Both the position numbers and the translations under genes were made by a program. Shown here piece by piece: positions 1 through 4,820 of a stretch of DNA of 5,284 nucleotides. The stretch covers positions 1 to 5,284 of IMG/VR virus record IMGVR_UViG_3300045988_004808; one strand, 5' to 3'. This DNA is from a virus. Within the stretch, counting starts at the first letter, position 1, and every line of letters begins with the position of its first letter. Below the pieces are notes generated by a model. That model did not search any database, was not told the DNA's origin, and worked only from the letters and a program-made list of their open reading frames with translations.

Positions 1-55
1 AATACCATTACGGAGAACAGAACATAAGATTTTACGCTTGCGGCGAGTACGGAAG
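1..55. repeat. Terminal redundancy left copy, identical to 5230-5284; marks the circular junction of a 5229-bp genome
   Basis: A 55-nt exact match with the window end, read directly from the sequence. It lies inside the rep coding frame, so it is an artefact of linearising a circle rather than a biological repeat. Confidence 0.9.
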
Positions 56-623
56 CCACACAGCAAGACCACACTACCACATAATTGCATTTAATCTGAA
101 AATACATGACCTGCAACCATGCGGAAGAAGCAAAAGCGGCAAGATGCAATGGGATAGCCCAGCAATCCGAAAAATTTGGGGAAAAGGGCTAACAGCATTA
201 GGTCATGTGGAATATGACAGTTGCGCATATGTCGCAAGATATATGCTAAAAAAACAGAAAGGAGAGAATGCAAAAGAATATTACGCAGAAATGGGACTCG
301 AACCAGAATTCACTAGATGCAGCCGCAGACCGGGCATTGCAGCAGGATATTTTGAACGGAACAAGGAAAAAATATATCATTATGACGAAATCGTGTTACC
401 GGGGAATAAGGTGGTAAGACCACCGAAATACTACGATAAGTTATACGATATCGAAAATCCAAAAGAACTTGAGGCAATAAAAAGTGCGCGCAAAGCGGCG
501 GCAAAGGAAGCAGAAAAGTTAGAGCTTGCAAAAACAACACTAACAAAGGGTGAATTGCTGGCACTCAAAGAGCGAACTGCAAAGGAAAAAGTAAAGAAGC
601 TTCCACGAGAGCTTAACGAATAA
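3..623 (+). CDS. VP4: Replication initiation protein (Rep/VP4-like HUH endonuclease), C-terminal part continuing from 4821..5284 across the circular junction. The window begins mid-gene; the whole gene is about 343 aa.
   Basis: The frame is open from position 3 and continuous with 4821..5284. Its translation contains FYACGEYGSHTARPHYHIIAFN (HUH motif, HYHII) and AYVARYMLKK (catalytic Tyr motif Y-x-x-x-Y/K), and it ends at TAA 621-623. The track ORF 144..623 is only the portion after an internal Met. Confidence 0.88.
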   Translation, partial: YHYGEQNIRFYACGEYGSHTARPHYHIIAFNLKIHDLQPCGRSKSGKMQWDSPAIRKIWGKGLTALGHVEYDSCAYVARYMLKKQKGENAKEYYAEMGLEPEFTRCSRRPGIAAGYFERNKEKIYHYDEIVLPGNKVVRPPKYYDKLYDIENPKELEAIKSARKAAAKEAEKLELAKTTLTKGELLALKERTAKEKVKKLPRELNE

Positions 624-629
624 CCAAAC

Positions 630-680
630 AAAGGGGGCACGCCCCCTTTACCCCCTTGTAAAAGGGGGGTTTTATTTATA
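630..680 (+). terminator. Two tandem GC-rich stem-loops immediately after the rep stop codon, the second followed by a T-rich run (rho-independent terminator-like)
   Basis: In the first, AAAGGGGGC (630-638) pairs with GCCCCCTTT (641-649). In the second, CCCCCTT (651-657) pairs with AAGGGGG (662-668) across a GTAA loop, followed by GTTTTATTTATA. Confidence 0.6.
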
Positions 681-738
681 CAAAAAGCATTATGCAAATT
701 GCGAAAAAATTTAATGACACAATTAGTAAAATAGAGAA

Positions 739-767
739 TAGAAAAACAAAAACAAAACACATATAAT
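739..767 (+). promoter_or_regulatory. Candidate promoter. A perfect TATAAT -10 hexamer lies at 762-767, with a weak -35-like TAGAAA at 739-744. Upstream is an A-tract repeat (AAAAACAAAAACAAAAC, 741-757).
   Basis: The AT-rich intergenic region sits about 25 nt upstream of the first SD and ATG of the gene string. The -35 element is poor, so confidence is low. Confidence 0.3.
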
Positions 768-791
768 CAATGTTGAAAGGAGGTGGAAAAA

Positions 792-905
792 ATGACGAAC
801 CTTAAAAGCGAAAGAAAAGATAAGCAAGTGTTCAAAGAAACCGCAGCGAAAACCAAGAAAATCAACATCGCACCGAAAGTAATGCGGGGCGGCATCAGAC
901 TGTAA
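792..905 (+). CDS. Small, highly basic protein (37 aa, MTNLKSERKDKQVFKETAAKTKKINIAPKVMRGGIRL). Probably the DNA-binding/packaging protein, analogous to phiX174 J and gokushovirus ORF8.
   Basis: SD GGAGG at 779-783 sits 8 nt before ATG 792. About 11 of 37 residues are K/R, and the size and position match microvirus J/ORF8 proteins. The C-terminal RGGIRL resembles the C-terminus of chlamydiaphage ORF8, recalled from memory and not checked. It is not in the ORF track because it is under 60 aa. Confidence 0.6.
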   Translation: MTNLKSERKDKQVFKETAAKTKKINIAPKVMRGGIRL

Positions 906-926
906 ACAAGCAAAGGAGAAAAGACA

Positions 927-1184
927 ATGAAAACCAACATCTACGCATTCAAAGACACCAAAATAGGCTTTATGCAGCCATTCCTCCAGCAGAACGAAGC
1001 AGTAGCCATGCGAACACTCAAAATGGCCGTGAACGATGAACACAGCCAAATCCGAAACATGGCCGAAGATATCCAATTGTACCAGCTCGGAACCTTTGAC
1101 GATGATACCGGGGAAATCGTACCGGAGGTAAAATTTATCGCAAACGCAATCGACCATAAGGAGGTGAATACCAATAGAGATTAA
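927..1184 (+). CDS. Hypothetical protein, 85 aa. Possibly a VP5-like nonstructural protein, but the function is not recognised.
   Basis: SD AAAGGAG at 912-918 sits 8 nt before ATG 927. It is on the coding strand within the gene string. Its 3' end contains the very strong SD AAGGAGGTG (1158-1166) that serves the next ORF. Confidence 0.55.
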   Translation: MKTNIYAFKDTKIGFMQPFLQQNEAVAMRTLKMAVNDEHSQIRNMAEDIQLYQLGTFDDDTGEIVPEVKFIANAIDHKEVNTNRD

Positions 1185-1347
1185 CGAAATCGTAAACATA
1201 ATCGGAACAATCGGCTTTCCTTGCGTAATTGCACTGCTGCTCCTAAAAAACAATCAGGAGCAAATAGACGTAATCAGAGAGAACACAAAGGTAATTCAGG
1301 CACTGGCCGACCGTATCGACAATGTACTTTCAAAAGGGGATGATTAA
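1168..1347 (+). CDS. Holin-like small membrane protein (BhlA/UviB-like architecture). The frame is open from 1168 but has no ATG/GTG/TTG; candidate starts are ATA 1174 and ATT 1180. Translation: ..INEIVNIIGTIGFPCVIALLLLKNNQEQIDVIRENTKVIQALADRIDNVLSKGDD.
   Basis: It has one roughly 20-residue hydrophobic segment followed by a charged C-terminal tail. A perfect SD AAGGAGGTG (1158-1166) lies 9 nt upstream of ATA 1174. The stop TAA 1345-1347 abuts the GTG start of the amidase, a holin-endolysin arrangement. Confidence 0.45.
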   Translation: MPIEINEIVNIIGTIGFPCVIALLLLKNNQEQIDVIRENTKVIQALADRIDNVLSKGDD

Positions 1348-1956
1348 GTGAGACTTCACACACAGACAGCATACAAAAACGCTTGTTACCAAGAAGGGCA
1401 AAAGATGAAACCGAAAGGCATCATGATACATTCGACAGGGGCAAACAATCCGAACCTGAGGCGGTATGTAGGACCAGATGATGGCATACTTGGAAAGAAC
1501 ATCTACAACAACCATTGGAACAACGCCTATCCGGGCGGGAAAGCAATCTGCTGCCATGCATTCATCGGCAAAGACAAAAACGGAGAAGTCCGAACTTATC
1601 AAATTCTGCCGTGGAGCATGGTAGGCTGGCACTGTGGAGGTAAGGCAAACAAAACCCATATTGGAATTGAAATCTGCGAAGACACCACAAGCAACGAACA
1701 CTTCAAAGAAACATTCCGAGAAGCCGTAGAAGTAGCAGCTTATCTATGCAAACTATATCAACTCCAACCGAAAAACATTATCAGCCACAAAGAAGGAAAC
1801 GCAAAAGGCCTAGCAAGTAACCATGGAGATCCGGAACATTGGTGGAAAAATTACGGTATCGACATGAGCGATTTCCGAAACGAAGTAGCAAAAGAACTTG
1901 ACAGGCAAAAAGTATACCATGCAATGATTTATGACACGAAAGGAGCAAACGAATGA
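1348..1956 (+). CDS. N-acetylmuramoyl-L-alanine amidase, amidase_2/PGRP family (PlyG/XlyA/CwlA-like endolysin). Catalytic domain only, 202 aa.
   Basis: Motifs MKPKGIMIHSTGAN, GWHCGG, HIGIEICE and IISHKEG...HGDPEHW line up with YITVHNTAN, GWHAG, SIGIEICEN and VVPHKYWSGKECP of Bacillus XlyA. The N-terminal region resembles PlyG (KYGTKCPYTMKPKYITVHNT); both comparator sequences are recalled from memory. SD AAAGGGGA sits 8 nt before GTG 1348. The stop overlaps the VP3 start as ATGA. Confidence 0.8.
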   Translation: MRLHTQTAYKNACYQEGQKMKPKGIMIHSTGANNPNLRRYVGPDDGILGKNIYNNHWNNAYPGGKAICCHAFIGKDKNGEVRTYQILPWSMVGWHCGGKANKTHIGIEICEDTTSNEHFKETFREAVEVAAYLCKLYQLQPKNIISHKEGNAKGLASNHGDPEHWWKNYGIDMSDFRNEVAKELDRQKVYHAMIYDTKGANE

Positions 1957-2450
1957 ACTTTTATAGCCGACTTAATCCAGCGCCGGTAATCGAAGCGCCG
2001 GCAGGAAGCAAAGAAGCAACAACCTACCAAACACAGATTGACGAGAACGGACACAAAGTAACAGTGCCAATCGGAAAGACAAACATCTATGACCGCATTC
2101 AAAGCAGCCTAGAGGAGACCAAAATTGAGAACATCATCAAACGGTTTACCGAAGGTGATATCTCGGCATTCAGGCAGGGCGAGCCACTGTATGCAGACAT
2201 GACCGAAGCACCACGAACACTGATGGAAGCACAAAACATGATTATCCGCATTACGAATGAATTTAACAATCTGCCGGTAGAGGTAAGGGCTAAATTTGAC
2301 CACAGTCCAGAAAAATACGTTGCACTGTACGGCGGCGAAGAGTGGGCAAAGGCTATAGGCTATGAAACCAAAAAAGCCGACACAGGCGAAATTCAGGGCG
2401 CTGGTGACGTAAGCACCGAACCTATTCCGAAACAGGAGGAGAAAGCATGA
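1953..2450 (+). CDS. VP3: Internal scaffolding protein VP3 (gokushovirus-type), 165 aa
   Basis: SD AGGAG at 1941-1945 sits 7 nt before ATG 1953. The motif MEAQNMIIRITNEFNNLPVEVRAKFDHSPEKYV matches the conserved VP3 scaffold signature (A-Q-x-I-I-R..F..LP..VR..F). It lies directly upstream of VP1 with ATGA start/stop coupling. Confidence 0.78.
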   Translation: MNFYSRLNPAPVIEAPAGSKEATTYQTQIDENGHKVTVPIGKTNIYDRIQSSLEETKIENIIKRFTEGDISAFRQGEPLYADMTEAPRTLMEAQNMIIRITNEFNNLPVEVRAKFDHSPEKYVALYGGEEWAKAIGYETKKADTGEIQGAGDVSTEPIPKQEEKA

Positions 2451-4105
2451 ACAGAAACACCGAAAGCCATTTTTCAGTAAATCCGATTAACCTTGATATC
2501 CAGCGAAGCAAATTTGTAAGACCGAGTACGCATAAGACCACATTCAACGCCGGAAACCTCATTCCGATTTATGTTGATGAAGTACTACCGGGCGATACCT
2601 TCAAGATGAATATGAGCAGCGTCATCCGTATGAGTACGCCTATATATCCTGTAATGGATAACGCCAACATGGATGTATATTTCTTCTTTGTACCTAACCG
2701 ACTTGTGTGGTATCACTGGAAAGAGTTTTTTGGAGAAAACAATACCACGCACTGGGAGCAACCGGTAGAATACGAAGCACCGCAAATCACCGCACCGGCG
2801 GGCGGATGGGCAAAAGGAACTATTGCCGACTATATGGGCATTCCAACGAAAATCGAAAACATCAGCGTACAGGCACTGCCATTCCGAGCATACTGTAAAA
2901 TCTGGAATGACTGGTTCAGAGACCAAAACTTGAAAGACCCTGCCATGATATCCATGGATGAAACGACAACGGCAGGAGCAAACACAGGAGACTATGTAAC
3001 CAATGCAGAGAAAGGAGCACTTCCTCTCAAAGTCGCAAAATACCATGACTATTTCACTGCAGCACTACCTGAACCTCAGAAAGGACCGGAAGTAACTATC
3101 GGCGCAGTAAACGGATATATACCGATTGTTACAAGGAACGAATTGGCAACAAATAGCACGACCAATGCACTAAGATGGAATGTAAACGGAAACACACCGA
3201 GTGCCCTATTAGTAGGCATAGCAACAGGAAAGAACACAGACGGAACGTCTAATACATTCACACCAAACACCGGCGGAAACGCGACATTTACAGGAAACAT
3301 TACACCGGCAAACCTGTGGGCAGAAATGGGTAACAATAGTGCGACCAGCATTAACGCTCTGCGACAGGCATTCGCAATTCAGAGATTGTACGAGAAAAAC
3401 GCACGCGGCGGTACTCGTTATATCGAGATTATCAAAGCACACTTCGGAGTACAGTCACCGGATGCCAGACAGCAGCGAAGCGAATATCTGGGCGGCACTC
3501 GAGTACCTATCAACATGGATCAGGTGGTACAGACCTCCAATTCCGGAGACGGTATCACACCGCAGGGCAACACGGCAGCATACTCTCTGACAGCATTCAA
3601 TGAAAGCATGTTCACCAAATCGTTTACCGAACACGGTTACATCATCGGACTGGCATGTATCAGAACTGAGCACACCTACCAACAGGGAATTGAGCGGTTT
3701 TGGAGCAGAAAGAAGATGCTGGACTACTACTTCCCAACTTTGGCAAACCTCGGAGAGCAAGCAATCCTGAACAAAGAAATCTATGCACAGGGCAACGCAA
3801 CGGACGATGAAGCATTCGGCTATCAGGAAGCATGGGCAGAATATCGGTACAAGCCGAGCAGAGTATCCGGAGCAATGCGAAGCAACTATCAGGCAACATT
3901 GGATGCATGGCACTATGCAGACAAGTACACCAAACAGCCTATCCTGTCGAGTGAATGGATTGACGAAACAAGCGCGAACATCGATAGAACACTTGCCGTT
4001 CAGAGCACAACCGAAGACCAATTTATTGCAGACTTTTATTTTGCATGTGAAGCAACAAGGCCTATGCCTCTGTATAGCATTCCCGGCCTGATTGACCATC
4101 ACTAA
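2447..4105 (+). CDS. VP1: Major capsid protein VP1 (microvirus F-protein fold, gokushovirus-type), 552 aa
   Basis: The N-terminal signature is IQRSKFVRPSTHKTTFNAGNLIPIYVDEVLPGDTF. Further motifs are MSTPIYPVMDN, FFFVPNRLVW, APAGGW, DYMGIPTK and LRQAFAIQRLYE...RYIEIIKAHFGV, which is a classic Microviridae VP1. SD AGGAGGAG lies upstream. Confidence 0.95.
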   Translation: MNRNTESHFSVNPINLDIQRSKFVRPSTHKTTFNAGNLIPIYVDEVLPGDTFKMNMSSVIRMSTPIYPVMDNANMDVYFFFVPNRLVWYHWKEFFGENNTTHWEQPVEYEAPQITAPAGGWAKGTIADYMGIPTKIENISVQALPFRAYCKIWNDWFRDQNLKDPAMISMDETTTAGANTGDYVTNAEKGALPLKVAKYHDYFTAALPEPQKGPEVTIGAVNGYIPIVTRNELATNSTTNALRWNVNGNTPSALLVGIATGKNTDGTSNTFTPNTGGNATFTGNITPANLWAEMGNNSATSINALRQAFAIQRLYEKNARGGTRYIEIIKAHFGVQSPDARQQRSEYLGGTRVPINMDQVVQTSNSGDGITPQGNTAAYSLTAFNESMFTKSFTEHGYIIGLACIRTEHTYQQGIERFWSRKKMLDYYFPTLANLGEQAILNKEIYAQGNATDDEAFGYQEAWAEYRYKPSRVSGAMRSNYQATLDAWHYADKYTKQPILSSEWIDETSANIDRTLAVQSTTEDQFIADFYFACEATRPMPLYSIPGLIDHH

Positions 4106-4119
4106 AGGAGGGGCAAACA

Positions 4120-4731
4120 ATGGCAGGAAGTAGAGGCCGAGGCATATTTGGAAGAGATAAAAATCTCGTTCAAGCAGGACAAAAAGCAGTAGATGCAGCT
4201 ATAAGCGGATTAGGTCTTACACTCAATCCAATTGCTAACACCACAGCAACAGCAGAAGCGGCATTCAACAAAAGCCAAATGAGCGCAGAACAGGCAATGG
4301 CCTTCGAAGCCAGCCAAGCAGCACAACAGATGGCATTCCAACGAGAAATGCTCCAAAATCAAATGCGGTTTAACAGCGCAGAAGCAGAAACCAACAGAGC
4401 ATGGCAAAGGGAAATGAGGCAAACAGCCTACCAAGACACAGTAAAAGACATGGTAAAAGCCGGAATAAATCCAATACTGGCAGCACAGTTAGGAGCAACC
4501 GGCCTATCAGGTGGAAGCACTGCAAGCGCAGGACTTGCAAGCGGAGCAATGGCCAGCGGCCACACAGCACAAATGCAACAGCAAACCGTACCGGATATCA
4601 TCCGAAACATCGGATATGCCATCACAACGGCAAAAGAAGCGGCAAAAGGACTGGAGGGATACACGAAAGAACTGGCCAATGAAAAACTCGACCGCTACGC
4701 AAAACAGGCAATCGGAAGTGTAAAAGGCTAA
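4120..4731 (+). CDS. VP2: Minor capsid / DNA pilot protein VP2, 203 aa
   Basis: SD AAAGGAGGGG sits 6-7 nt before ATG 4120. The protein is Gly/Ala/Gln-rich with the conserved gokushovirus VP2 core FNSAEAETNRAWQREMRQTAYQDTVKDMVKAGINPILAAQ. It lies immediately downstream of VP1. Confidence 0.82.
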   Translation: MAGSRGRGIFGRDKNLVQAGQKAVDAAISGLGLTLNPIANTTATAEAAFNKSQMSAEQAMAFEASQAAQQMAFQREMLQNQMRFNSAEAETNRAWQREMRQTAYQDTVKDMVKAGINPILAAQLGATGLSGGSTASAGLASGAMASGHTAQMQQQTVPDIIRNIGYAITTAKEAAKGLEGYTKELANEKLDRYAKQAIGSVKG

Positions 4732-4738
4732 ATTTTGT

Positions 4739-4800
4739 GTCAGTCAGCCCCATTGTAACAAGGTGACAATGGGGCTGACTGACCGGCCGCACAGCGGCCG
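4739..4800 (+). promoter_or_regulatory. A perfect 17-bp inverted repeat (GTCAGTCAGCCCCATTG 4739-4755 pairing with CAATGGGGCTGACTGAC 4767-4783, 11-nt loop) is followed by a 7-bp GC hairpin (CGGCCGC 4784-4790, GCGGCCG 4794-4800). There is no U-tract.
   Basis: Read directly from the sequence. Both hairpins sit between the VP2 stop and the rep SD. They are candidates for a complementary-strand priming site on the ssDNA, or a regulatory structure for rep. Confidence 0.55.
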
Positions 4801-4820
4801 AGGGAAAGGAGGTGAAAACT

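Noticed and set aside
692-766. 24-aa ORF (MQIAKKFNDTISKIENRKTKTKHI) in the rep-downstream intergenic region
   Set aside because: It has no Shine-Dalgarno sequence, whereas every real gene here has a strong one. It overlaps the putative promoter and is low-complexity and AT-driven.
723-1253. 176-aa minus-strand ORF, and the other minus-strand ORFs (91-273, 313-564, 431-760, 941-1174, 1330-1701, 2109-2303, 2585-3046, 3076-3351, 3209-3442, 3455-4120, 3660-3908, 4210-4434, 4370-4570, 4428-4679, 4832-5194)
   Set aside because: All are antisense to well-supported + strand genes and lack SD sites. Their translations are Cys/Phe/Leu-rich low-complexity sequence. The + strand is T-poor, so the minus strand is A-poor and has few stop codons (TAA/TAG/TGA all contain A), which yields long spurious ORFs. 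Microviridae encode all genes on one strand.
1405-1956. ATG 1405 (MKPKGIMIHSTG) as the amidase start instead of GTG 1348
   Set aside because: Starting at 1405 would leave only 5 residues before the first conserved beta-strand. The 19-aa extension from GTG 1348 (…YKNACYQEGQK-MKPK) parallels the PlyG/XlyA N-terminal segment, and an SD at 1333-1340 precedes it. It is retained only as an alternative or internal start.
4401-4682. 93-aa extremely basic (R/K/H-rich) + strand alternative-frame ORF nested in VP2, with similar nested + strand ORFs at 4511-4723, 3783-4091, 3339-3590 and 2707-2898
   Set aside because: There is no SD in front of any of them. The basic composition is the expected by-product of reading an A-rich sequence out of frame (AAA, AGA, CAA, CAC codons). 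The T-poor + strand has few stops in any frame. phiX-type overlapping genes are possible in microviruses, but nothing here supports them.
4739-4800. Hairpins before rep as a rho-independent terminator of the VP2 transcript
   Set aside because: No U-tract follows either stem (the following sequence is GAGGGAAAGGAGG). The tandem hairpins at 630-680 do have a T-run and look like the real terminator, so these are better explained as an ssDNA priming or regulatory structure.
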